Translations under genes and position numbers: made by a program
Source: Chiloscyllium plagiosum
Taxonomy: Eukaryota
Assembly: GCF_004010195.1 (NCBI RefSeq)
Contig: NC_057728.1
Location: 43,808,439 to 43,851,674, forward strand
Length of the DNA: 43,236 nt
Direction: 5' to 3'
Part shown: piece by piece, positions 25,365 through 35,924 of the stretch
How positions within the stretch are numbered: the stretch's first letter is position 1
Layout of the letters: the number at the start of each line of letters is the position of its first letter
Notes under the pieces: generated by a model
The model's input: the letters and a program-made list of their open reading frames with translations, nothing else
Told to the model about the DNA's origin: nothing
Databases searched by the model: none

Positions 25365-26173
25365 TCAAAGTTTGTGCGAAGATTTGTAGCTCGGGTGCTC
25401 GTTGTTGTGGTTCTTTTCGCCGAGCTGGAAGTTTTTGTTGCAAACGTTTCGTCCCCTGGCTAGGCGACTTGATGGTGTTTGTGGATGAATGCCATGCCTC
25501 TAGGAGTTCCCTGGCTGTTCTCTGTCTGGCTTGCGCTATGTTAGTAGTGTTGTCCCAGTCGAATTCATGTTGCTTGTCATCTGCGTGTGTGGCTACTCAG
25601 GATAGCTGGTCGTGTCGTTTCGTGGCTAGTTGGTGTTCATGGATGCGGATCGTTAGCTGTCTTCCTGTTTGTCCTATGTAGAGTTTTGTGCAATCCTTGC
25701 ATGGGATTTTGTACATTACATTGGTTTTGCTCATGCTGGATATTGGGTCCTTCGTTCTGGTGAGTTGTTGTCTGAGTGGCTGTTGGTTTGTGTGCTGTTA
25801 TGAGTCCTGGTGGCCGCAGTAGTCTGGCTGTCGACTGGGACAACACTACTATTATAGGATAAGCCAAACAGAGAAGAGCAAGGGAATTCCTAGAGGCATG
25901 GCACTCATCCACAGATTCAATCAATAAGCACATCGACCTGGACCCAATATACCGACCACTGCAACGGACAGCTGGCACTGACAACCGGAAGTGGCAGATT
26001 CAAACCACGATAAATGCCGGAGAAAACATCACAGAAGCGCTTCACAGGAGGCTCCCAAGCACTGAGGATGTCACCTAGACAGGGGACGAAACGTCTGCAA
26101 CCCAAATTCCCAGCTCGGTGAACAGAACAACAATAACGAGCACCCGAGCTACAAATCTTCTCACAAACTTTAA
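25365..26173. mobile_element. Penelope-like element with two arms in inverted orientation (minus 25365-25832, plus 25833-26173)
   Basis: The minus arm encodes a GIY-YIG domain NVMYKIPCKDCTKLYIGQTGRQLTIRIHEH...FDWDNT. Both outer ends carry ACGAGCACCCGAGCTACAAATCTTC in inverted orientation. Confidence 0.9.
26059..26098 (+). ncRNA. Minimal type I hammerhead ribozyme motif
   Basis: GCA-CUGAGGA-U-GUC(A)CCU-AGAC-AGG(G)GAC-GAAAC-GUC^UGC: intact CUGANGA and GAAA core, stem II, palindromic ACGU stem III, 3-bp stem I. Predicted cleavage after 26095. Confidence 0.78.
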
Positions 26174-26895
26174 ATATGAAGTATGCTTGAATGAGAGCTC
26201 TGTTAGATTGTTAAAAGTTTAATTTCTTTTTTATTTCTATTTCAAAAGCATGGATATAGAGGTTAACCCATAGCAGATGTTGGGTGAGTCATTATAGAGA
26301 GTAGATAGTTGACATAGAGGGGACATATAAGTGACATGGGAAGTATAAGGAGAAGGAGCTATTATGTGGTATTGGTGGAGAAGTGAAGGGTTGAGGGCCT
26401 AACATCATCACTAAAATGGGGCTGGGGTACCAGTAATGGGGAAGGGCATACTAACCTGCCGCCTTGATCATCCATCTACCTTTAAACTTGAAAGGGTTCA
26501 GAAAAGATTTACAAGGATGTTGCCAGGGTTGGAGGGTTGAGCTACAGAGAGAGTTGAATAGTGCGGGGCTATCTTCCCTGGAGTGTCAGAGGCTGAAGGG
26601 TGACCTCCTAGAAGTTGATAAAATCATAATGGGCATAGATAGGTAAACAGTCAAAGTCTTTTCCCCAGGACAGGGGAGTCCAAAACTAGAGGGCATAGGT
26701 TTAAAATGAGAGGGGTAAGATTTAAAAAGGACTTAAAGAGCAACTTTTTTCACATAGAGGGTGGCGCATATATGGAATGAACTGCCAGATGAAGTAGTGG
26801 AGGCAGGTACAATTACAACATTTAAAAGGCATCTGGATAGGTTTATAAATAGGAAGGGTTGAGAGAGATATGGGCCAAGTGCTGCTAAATAGGAC

Positions 26896-29578
26896 AGTAA
26901 CAAATTAAAAATACTATACATGAATGCACGAAGCATTAGACATAAGATGGATGAGCTTGAAGCTCTTTTGGAAATTGGCAGATACGATATTGTGGGGATA
27001 ACTGAGACGTGGCTTCAAGTGGACAGGGCCTGGGAAATGAATCTTCAAGGCTATACGTGCTATCGTAAGGACAGACTGACGGGCAGAGGGGGTGGGGTGG
27101 CCTTGTTGGTAAGGGAGGATATTCAGTCCCTTGCGCGGGGGGACCTAGATTCAGGGGATGTAGAGTCAGTGTGGATAGAGCTGCAAAATACTAAGGGTAA
27201 AAAGACCCTCTTGGGAGTTATCTACAGGCCCCCAAATAGTAATCTGGACGTCGGATGTAAGCTGAATCAGGAGCTGAAATTGGCCTGTCGTAAAGATGTT
27301 ACTACAGTTGTTATGGGGGATTTTAACATGCAGGTAGACTGGGAGAATCAGGATGGTATTGGACCTCAAGAAAGAGACTTTGTGAAGTGCCTCCGAGATG
27401 GATTCTTAGAACAGCTGGTGCTGGAGCCGACCAGGGAGAAGGCAATTCTGGATCTGGTATTGTGTAACGAACCAGAATTGATCAGGGACCTTGAAGTGAA
27501 GGAGTCATTGGGAAGTAGTGACCATAATACATTAAGCTACAATCTGCAATTTGAGAGGGAGAGGGTACAGTCGGAAGTGACAGTACTTCTGTTGAATAAA
27601 GGGAACTATGGAGCTATGAGGGAGGAGCTGGCCAAAGTTCAATGGTGCAATACCTTAGCAGGGATGACCGTGGAGGAACAATGGCGGATATTTCTGTGTA
27701 TAATGCAGAAGTTGCAGGATCAGTTCCTTCAAGGCATGGGCGGCCGTGGCTGACGAGGGAAGTTAAGAAACATATAAAGTTAAAAGAGAAAAAGTATAAC
27801 ATAGCAAAGATAAGTGGGAAAACTGAGGACTGGGAAGCTTTTAAAGAGCAACAGAGGATTACTAAGAAGGAAATACGCAGAGGAAAAATGAGGTACGAAG
27901 GTAAACTGGCCAAGAATATAAAGGAGGATAGTAAAAGCTTTTTTAAGTATGTACAANNNNNNNNNNNNNNNNNNNNNNNNNNNNNNNNNNNNNNNNNNNN
28001 NNNNNNNNNNNNNNNNNNNNNNNNNNNNNNNNNNNNNNNNNNNNNNNNNNNNNNNNNNNNNNNNNNNNNNNNNNNNNNNNNNNNNNNNNNNNNNNNNNNN
28101 NNNNNNNNNNNNNNNNNNNNNNNNNNNNNNNNNNNNNNNNNNNNNNNNNNNNNNNNNNNNNNNNNNNNNNNNNNNNNNNNNAGAAAGCAGGAAATTATAG
28201 ACCTGTTAGTCTGACCTCAGTGGTGGGAAAGATGCTGGAGTCTATTATAAAGGATGAATTTACAGCACTTCTGGATAGTAGTAACAGGATAGGACAGAGT
28301 CAGCATGGATTTATGAAGGGGAAATCGTGCTTGACTAATCTTCTTGAATTTTTTGAGGATGTAACTCTGAAGTTGGACGAGGGAAATCCAGTAGATGTAG
28401 TGTACCTGGGCTTTCAGAAAGCTTTTGATAAAGTCCCACATAGGAGGTTAGTGAGTAAAATTAGGGCGCATGGTATTGGGGGCAAAGTACTAGATTGGAT
28501 TGAAAATTGGTTGGCTGATAGGAAATAAAGAGTAGTGATAAATGGCTCTATTTTGGAATGGCAGGCAGTGACCAGTGGGGTACCGCAGGGATCCGTGCTG
28601 GGACCGCAGCTTTTTACAATATATGTTAATGATATAGAAGATGGTATCAGCAATAACATTAGCAAATTTCCTGATGATACAAAGCTGGGTGGCAGGGTGA
28701 AATGTGATGAGGATGTTAGGAGAGTGACCTGGACAAGTTAGGTGAGTGGGCAGATGCATGGCAGATGCAGTTTAATGTGGAAAAGTGTATGGTTATCCAC
28801 TTTGGTGGCAAGGAAGGAAGATTACTACCTCAATGGAATCAATTTAGGTAAAGGGGCAGTACAGAGAGATCTAGATGTTCTTGTACACCAGTCAATGAAG
28901 GCAAGCATGCAGGTACAGCAGGTAGTGAAGAAGGCTAATAGCATGCTGGCCTTCATAACAAGAGGAATTGAGTATAGAAGCAAAGAGATGCTTCTGCAGC
29001 TGTACAGGACCCTGGTGAGACCACACCTGGAGTACTGCATGCAGTTCTGATCTCCAAATTTGAGGAAAGACATTCTGACTATTGAGGGAGTGCAGCGTAG
29101 GTTCACGAGGTCAATTCCTGGAATGGCGGGATTACCTTACACTGAAAGACTGAAGCGACTGGGCTTGTATATCCTTGAGTTTACAAGACTGAGAGGGGAT
29201 CTGATTGAGACGTATAAGATTATGAAAGAATTGGACACTCTGGCAGCAGGAAATATGTTTCCGCTGATGGGTGAGTGCCGTACCAGAGGACATAGCTTAA
29301 AAATACGGGGTAGACCATTTAGGACAGAGATGAGGAGAAACATCTTCACCCAGAGAGTGGTGGCTGTGTGGAATGCTCTGCCCCAGAGGGCAGTGGAGGC
29401 CCAGTCTCGAAATTCATTTTAGAAAGAGTTGGATAGAGCTCTCAAGGATAGTGGAATCAAGGGTTATGGAGATAAGGGAGGAACAGGATACTGATTAGGA
29501 ATGATCAGTCATGATCATGTTGAATGGCGGTGCAGGCTCGAAGGGCTGAATGGCCTACTCCTGCACCTATTGTCTATT
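26896..29578 (+). mobile_element. Nested CR1 LINE covering most of ORF2 (EN plus RT), disrupted
   Basis: EN motifs MNARSI, GITETW, GVIYRPP, MGDFN, SSDH; RT motifs QHGF, FQKAFDKVPH, GVPQGSVLGP, KFPDDTKL. Several stops and frameshifts; CTATTGTCTATTG tail. Confidence 0.95.
27957..28181. other. Assembly gap (N run) inside the CR1
   Basis: Run of N bases. Confidence 1.
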
Positions 29579-29814
29579 GACTAGATTAAGTTAGGATATC
29601 TGGTTAGCATGGGCAAGTTGGACCAAAGGGTCTGTTTCCGTGCTGTACATCTCTATGACTCTATGGCCTCTACTGTCATCTCATTCTCACACTGACTTCT
29701 GGAGGTAGTGGACTCAACACCATCTTGCCTTCACTTCCACAGATATTGCTAGATGTGCCAAATGGTTCCAGCATTTATACTTTTCTGCTAGATTTCCAGC
29801 ATCCAGAGTGTTTT

Positions 29815-30128
29815 TTAGATTAGATTAGATTACATTACATTACAGTGTGGAAACAGGCCCTTCGGCCCAACAAGTCCACACCGACCCGCCGAAGCACAAC
29901 CCACCCATACCCCTACATTTACCCCTTACCTAACACTGCGGGCAATTTAGCATGGTCAATTCACCTGACCTGCACATCTTTGGACTGTGGGAGGAAACCG
30001 GAGCACCCGGAGGAAACCCACGCAGACACGCGGAGAATATGCAAACTCCACACAGTCAGTCGCCTGAGGCGGGAATTGAACCCAGGTCTCCGGCGCTGTG
30101 AGGCAGCAGTGCTAACCACTGTGCCACC
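29815..30128 (-). mobile_element. HE1-type V-SINE (young subfamily)
   Basis: Near-identical to 32975-33286, with CpGs largely retained. Confidence 0.93.
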
Positions 30129-31289
30129 TTCATTGACAGAAAACTTATGAATATTTATGCCAAGAGTACTATCTATCCTGGGAACTATATCAATACCATA
30201 TTGAGAATACAAGACTGAGTTTGGACATTCACAAATATTGTCCTTTGTGTCATTGAAGGGATTTTCCATAACCTCAAAGTTTCTGGGTGCCATACATGAC
30301 TGGACCTGACTTAAATGTCAAAACACTTGAAATGATGTTTCCTTCTGCATTGAATTTGTGTCCCTGCTCAAATCATGACTGTAATCAGATCTGGAGCAAG
30401 TGGTTCTAGGAGATCCCAAAATAAGTATCAGCAGAGTAAGTTATTGTTGACCCATTCCATCAATTTTTCTGATATTTCACCAGGAGGGTTTGGCGAGTAG
30501 GGTAGAAAGTGATTAGGTTTGATTCGGCTTAGTTACCGTACAATTCCCTTTTGGAGAGTTGCTAAATAATGATCCCTCAAATTTGAAAACTATAAAGCAA
30601 ATGAGGTGGTTGGTTTGGTTATTATTTGTCAAAAGAAACTGTAGAAAGATGTAACAATTTACCTAATCCAGGTACTTAATCATAAATAATCTTTAACTTT
30701 GAAAATCATTTTGTAAATTATGTACCACCATGTACGTGGCAGGAACTCATGCGACTCAGTTCTACGTTGTCTATCTCATACGCTGCAAGTAAGGATGCCC
30801 TGAGGCATGGTACATTGGTGAAACCAAGCAGAGGCTATGGCAACGGATGAATGTGCGCCGCACAACAATCAAGAGACAGGAGTGTTTCCTCCCAGTTGGA
30901 GAACACTTCAGCGGTCCAGGACATTTGACCTCAGACTTTCGGGTGACCATTCTCCAAGGTGGACTTTGGGACAAGCAGCAGCGAAAAGTGGCTGAGCAGA
31001 GGCTGATAGCTAAGTTCCATACCTATAGGGAAGGCCTCAACCGGGACATTGGGTTCATGTCACATGACAGGTGACCACCATTGCACTATATACACACACA
31101 GGCACTCCTAGATACTCATACACACAACACCCAGGCACTCGTACACACACACACACACGCAGACACTCCTATACAAAGACATGCACACAGATACTCTCAC
31201 ACACTCTTACAGACACACACGCCCACACTTACACATGCACCCTCTCACAGACGTAGACCCCTTCACTCTCTCTCTCACACACACACACA

Positions 31290-32366
31290 CAATTCCCTCG
31301 ATTATCCGAACGTGATGGGTGGGCACTATTTTGTTCAGATAATTGATTGTTCGTTTAATCGATAAAATACCTTTCCTCCGGGGCTGGGCGTTTTTAAAGT
31401 CTGCTCCCTGTTCAGGAGACTGCAGCAGCATACAGTGCACGAGGCCCCACCCTCAACACCGCCCCGACACCATCTGACACCGCCCCCAACTCTGTGCAAC
31501 ACTTCCCTGCTCCCAAGACCTCGCCCCCAACACCAAGCAACACTGACCCGTGCCCCCAACACCGTTCCCAATCCCGTGCAACACTGCACCCCCCGCCTCC
31601 TCTCTGGGGCAGCTGGACTGGACACCAACAACAAGACTGCTGCAGTTGCCTTTGTGGGGTAAGTGTCCAACTAGCACACACACACTCACGCAGCCACAGC
31701 CACACACACAACTTTTTAGTGCAAATCTTTGACAGGTTCCACCTTTGCCCTGTACAGAACAATGTTGGAGAGATTATGTGGGGGCAAAGGAGGTTTAGAT
31801 TAGATTAGATTAGATTCCCTACAGTGTGGTAACAAGCCCTTCGGCCCAACCAGTCCACAGCTACTCTTCGAAGAGTAACCCACCCAGACCCATTTCCCGC
31901 TGACTAATTGACCTAACACTATGGGGCAATTTAGCATAGCCAATTCACCTGACCTGCACATCTTTGGATTGTGGGAGGAAACCGGAGCACCCAGAGGAAA
32001 CCCACGCAGACACAGGGAGAATGTGCAAACTCCACACAGACAGTTGCCCAAGGCTGGAATTGAACCTGAGACTCTGGTGCTGTGAGGTAGCAGTACTAAC
32101 TGCTGTGCCATCGTGCCACCCACTAACACCATGGGGCAATTTAGCATGGCCAATTCAGGGTTTAGGGTACACCCGTGTAGAACTCCATGGAAAGTGTGGG
32201 GAGAGAGAGAGGGCGGGCAGTCAGTCATTTGCAGAACGTGCCTGTTTAATCATTGTAAACTGTTGGAAACACGCCTTTGATGTAATGTTTCCATCGGGAC
32301 CTCAAGATCTCCTTCGGATAATCCGATTTTCGGATAATCGGTATTCGGATAATCGAGGTTCCTCTG
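31290..32366. mobile_element. Non-autonomous DNA transposon, pogo/Tigger-like (Tc1/mariner)
   Basis: Inverted termini CCTCGATTATCCGAA (31296-31310) and TTCGGATAATCGAGG (32344-32358). The right end is ...TTCCTCTG followed by TA, with three subterminal TTCGGATAATC repeats. No transposase seen. Confidence 0.72.
31795..32157 (-). mobile_element. HE1-type V-SINE with a 35-nt 5' extension, nested in the MITE
   Basis: SINE body 31795-32121; 32123-32157 repeats 31913-31947; GGTTTAG flanks both sides. Confidence 0.9.
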
Positions 32367-32820
32367 TACACTCTCTCTCACAGACACTCACAACCCCCCA
32401 CCCCAGACAGACTGACAGATAGACAGACACACACACGTACATATATTCATTTGTGGGTGAATTTGTTCTTGCAGAGTTACATTGTACTTTGCTCAAAAAC
32501 TGCATGAATCCATGTAAGACTCTGTTAACTCATTTTTTAGATTAGAATCAGTCTAACCATTATGGCACAGACAGAGAACACAGGGGGCTAACACCTTAAA
32601 CATATCATCTGGGCTGACACCAATTGTTAAATTTAACCGGAGAATGTAACTTGTAAAAATAATTTTGTGATTTACATATGAAAGAAGTGAAACTAACACG
32701 GTTATTCTAACAGATGAGAGACTTCACAAACAATCAAGGTATTTTTCAATGTATAATTTAAGTTACATCACACTGTAAACTTTCACTATAAATTCTGTGT
32801 CTTACAATTGTGTACTCCAC

Positions 32821-32861
32821 AAACACCTGATGAAGGAGCAGCGCTCCAAAAGCTAGTGTTT
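32821..32861 (+). ncRNA. Hammerhead ribozyme motif with mutated core (GAAA to AAAA)
   Basis: AAACAC-CUGAUGA-A-GGAGC-AGC-GCUCC-aAAA-GCUA^GUGUUU: 6-bp stem I, 5-bp stem II, palindromic AGCU. The G12 position (32848) is A. Confidence 0.72.
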
Positions 32862-32974
32862 CCAATTAAACCTTTTGGACAATAACCTGGTGTTGTGTGA
32901 TTTTTAATTTGGAAAATTATGCCTTTTCTTCTCAGGATTAATAGATAATCAGATATATTCCAAGGCGAAGATCC

Positions 32975-33286
32975 TAGATTAGATTACATTACAGTGTGGA
33001 AACAGACCCTTCGGCCCAACAAGTCCACACCGACCCGCCTAAGCGCAACCCACCCATACCCCTACATTTAACCCTTACCTAACACTACGGGCAATTTAGC
33101 ATGGCCAATTCACCTGACCTGCACATCTTTGGACTGTGGGAGGAAACCTGAGCACCCGGAGGAAACCCACGCAGACACGGGGAGAACGTGCAAACTCCAC
33201 ACAGTCAGTCGTCTGAGGCGGGAATTGAACCCGGGTCTCAGGCGCTGTGAGGCAGCAGTGCTAACCACTGTGCCACCGTGCCGCCC
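32975..33286 (-). mobile_element. HE1-type V-SINE, full length and young
   Basis: Minus strand GGGCGGCACGGTGGCACAGTGGTTAGC...GGTTCAATTCC, V-domain, TGTAATGTAATCTAATCTA tail. Lies about 70 nt into the intron after exon B. Confidence 0.95.
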
Positions 33287-33354
33287 ACCGTCCTATATGA
33301 AACCAAAACATTAATGTATTTTACAAGCAACTACATAAAAGAATGTTATCTTAC

Positions 33355-33454
33355 TCAGCAAGAACTTTCTGAATTTTTCACTTCGAATTCCATCAAATGC
33401 TGTGCGATTTTTCAAGTCCTTTGCTTGTACATCACAACCCCATTCAATCAAAAG
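33355..33454 (-). CDS. Ankyrin-repeat protein, internal exon B (100 nt, phase 0-1)
   Basis: Acceptor ...cgacttaacag|, donor |gtaaga. Encodes LLIEWGCDVQAKDLKNRTAFDGIRSEKFRKFLL, which continues exon A (ICQ-LLIEWGCDVQAKD) as an ankyrin repeat. Confidence 0.92.
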
Positions 33455-34040
33455 CTGTTAAGTCGAGCCATAAAACAAAATCAATGTAATAAATAAAATG
33501 CAACTGAATTTGCTGAGCAATGCAGACCGTATATAAATGACATTTATGCATGTTTTAATGGCTTCATTATGTGCAAGAATAACAACTAATTAAGAATTCA
33601 TGATATCCTAGCTGGAACATTTTTCATAAACGCACGAGCATATTCATACATTACCTAAATTGGTAATTTATTCCTGAAGCTGGTTAACTGCAAGTGTAAA
33701 TTAAAAAAACTTTTCTTATGGTTCATGTAGCAGCTTTTTAGAACACTAAAATGTTTGCCTGAATTTTCTCTATTGCAGAGAGTTGCTTGCCCAGCATGGG
33801 AGAAATTTCCCTGAATGGTCAGATTTTTGTTTTGTAGGGGTTTTGGGATGTACTGGAATTAGGCTTGCCATCCCTATAAGTAGTATAGATACAGAGGCAG
33901 ACTGGGCATGGGCTACATGACTCGATCATTGTTTAAAACAAGGGCCCAAGGAGTCCCTGCTGTGAAGCAGGAAGTGGTTGCAAATGTTTCTGTTGCTCAG
34001 AGGAGACATCAATTAACTATCAGGTAAGTGCTAACTAATA

Positions 34041-34108
34041 ATAGAACATAGAACAATACAGCGCAGAACAGGCCCTTCAGCCCTTGATGTTGTGCAGACC
34101 TGTGAACT
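34041..34108 (-). mobile_element. Very short CR1-type 3' tail
   Basis: ATAGAACATAGAACAATACAGCGCAGAACAGGCCCTTCAGCCC tail structure. Confidence 0.65.
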
Positions 34109-34510
34109 ATTTTAATAGTGCAACTGTTTACTGATACTGCAAGAAATAGTACATCATGGGAAAATATAGTTATTGCTTCTGCCTATTCATATTGTAATGA
34201 TGAAGCATGGAATTGACTCAGACTATTATATATCTCAGGGAGTACTGTGACATACATTTGCCATGAATCTTTGCTTTTCCACCTGACCGCTTTCCACTCA
34301 GCTCTCAGGGTGTGGCTATACAAATGAATCTTGACGAGAAACCTCACAAGAACACACGATTGTGGCAGGATTGTGTGACTTAGTGGGAGTAGGCCAGGAG
34401 GGCAGTTAGAAGTCAGGAGCACAATTTACCACACAAGTGACTGGAAAAAATCCAGAACATCCTGTGTTTATTCAGCACCATTCCCACCGTCTACCCTTGA
34501 CATTAAAAGA

Positions 34511-34724
34511 TAAAGTTGCCATCATCTTACCAGCCCACAGGGCTGCTCTCTCATTTGATAGATACAATTGGTTGTGGTTTAACCTGAGGGTCAGCATGCC
34601 TCAGGAAAGGGGAGAGGTTGAGGTAAAGAATACTTCATAGTAACCTCAGCTGATGTAGGAATTGAACTCACTTTTTTGGCATCATTCTGCATTGTAAATC
34701 ACCTGTCCTGCCACTGAACTAACC
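34511..34724 (-). mobile_element. Decayed tRNA-derived SINE
   Basis: Minus strand starts GGTTAGTTCAGTGG (A-box like) and has GAGTTCAATTCC (B-box like) about 50 nt later. Confidence 0.55.
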
Positions 34725-35351
34725 AAACTCCAACCCCTGAAAAGTAGATGTTGATGAAATGAAGAATATAGTTTACGTAAATAAGCAGATGTATGTGTGT
34801 AACCATTCAAGGCATGAAACTTTCCCTTTTCTTTATCAATTTGTTATATTAGAATGTCACAAGATAAAAGAAGTGGTGAGGCTGTGACTCGCTTCAGTGA
34901 TCAGGACCTTATGAGATCTAAACATGAAAGATACTTGCAGCACCATTGGAGTGGATGCAAGAACACAGCAAAGGGTACATGCTTCACTCAGTAGTCTGGA
35001 ATATTGCTCCCATCCACGAAGAGCTATATTCCCTTAACAGGACGTTCACATTGGTGGCACAGTGTTGCTGGAATACACAACTGTTGTATTTTATGAGCAA
35101 GCCCTAGCTAAACCACCTAAAGGCCAACCTAAGACTATTATGTGCAGTGTGGACGGTGAAGCATCTGAGATCATCTTCTGCTAATCCCATGCCCTTGTTT
35201 GCTCTACTTGTCCAAGTGACAATAACTCCCCCTGCAGAAACTCAGGGACCACAGTCAGAGGGAGCTTCCCAGTGAATCCCTGTTTACAAATCTTTAATCT
35301 TTTAAGTTCAGTTAACCAAACTGTTTTGTACAGTCATAAAATAAATCTCAC

Positions 35352-35462
35352 CTGGCATATTTTACGATGCTGTCTCCCTGCTGCAAAGAAGAATGGAGTT
35401 AACCCATTGGTATTTCTTGCATCAAGAGACACTCCATTCTCTAACAATTCATGAGCTATATC
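35352..35462 (-). CDS. Ankyrin-repeat protein, internal exon A (111 nt, phase 0-0)
   Basis: Minus-strand acceptor ...gtttgattgacag| and donor |gtgaga. Translates without stops to DIAHELLENGVSLDARNTNGLTPFFFAAGRQHRKICQ, matching the ankyrin pattern LLxxGxxxxxxxxxGxTP. Confidence 0.92.
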
Positions 35463-35924
35463 CTGTCAATCAAACACAACACAAACATTAGTCCCATGGA
35501 ACAGCTCATTTTAAAGGGGTGAACATTATCCTTAAAACAGTTTAATATAAAAGAGAAATGGTTGTTTTATTTTTGACTCTTAATTTCCCCAGCAATTACA
35601 CTCTAAGCTGTATTACACTGATGGTGTTTGTTGGTTTTCACTCAAAACCAAAGCAAATAAACTATCCAACAGCGAGAGAAGTGTAAGCAGTACAACTGCA
35701 ACATTTGGGAAGGAAGGTGGTATATCTCAATAAATCATAACATTTAGGAGTTAAAACAAATGCATTTTACAGAAAAAGGTAAGCTACATGGCAAAATATA
35801 TTTTAGACATTTCCAACGCAATCAGAGCCAAAATAATAATACTTGGGGTTGCAACAGACTGAGAACACAAGAAAAACATTTAATTGGTAAGCCTTTATTT
35901 AAAAAAAAGTTATTTTTTAAAATA

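Larger units (their letters stand above)
26487..29665 (+). mobile_element. CR1 family A 3' end (26487-26895 plus 29579-29665) split by a nested CR1
   Basis: Joining ...aaataggac to tagattaagttaggatatctgg... restores the reverse complement of the 12231-12720 sequence. Confidence 0.88.
30735..32910 (+). mobile_element. Penelope-like (Neptune-type) 3' portion with CA-rich 3' region, interrupted by a MITE
   Basis: VVYLIRCK*GCPEAWYIGETKQRL...LPVGEHFSGPGH...GLNRD (GIY-YIG). The CA-rich tract starts at about 31090 and resumes at 32369. Ends with a hammerhead-like motif and an aacctggtgttgtgtgattttta tail. Confidence 0.85.

Noticed and set aside
29845..30150. Recurrent peptides DCGRKPEHPEETHADT and LCGVCTFSPCL in several ORFs
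   Set aside because: Translations of the non-coding HE1 SINE V-domain.
31335..31808. Cluster of overlapping ORFs on both strands
   Set aside because: GC-rich low-complexity MITE interior that is poor in stop codons; no transposase motifs.
32313..32358. Short regularly spaced direct repeats resembling a CRISPR array
   Set aside because: 11-bp units with tiny spacers at a transposon end in eukaryotic DNA; no cas genes.
33215..33286. tRNA-like A/B-box sequence
   Set aside because: SINE head continuous with the V-domain, not a tRNA gene.
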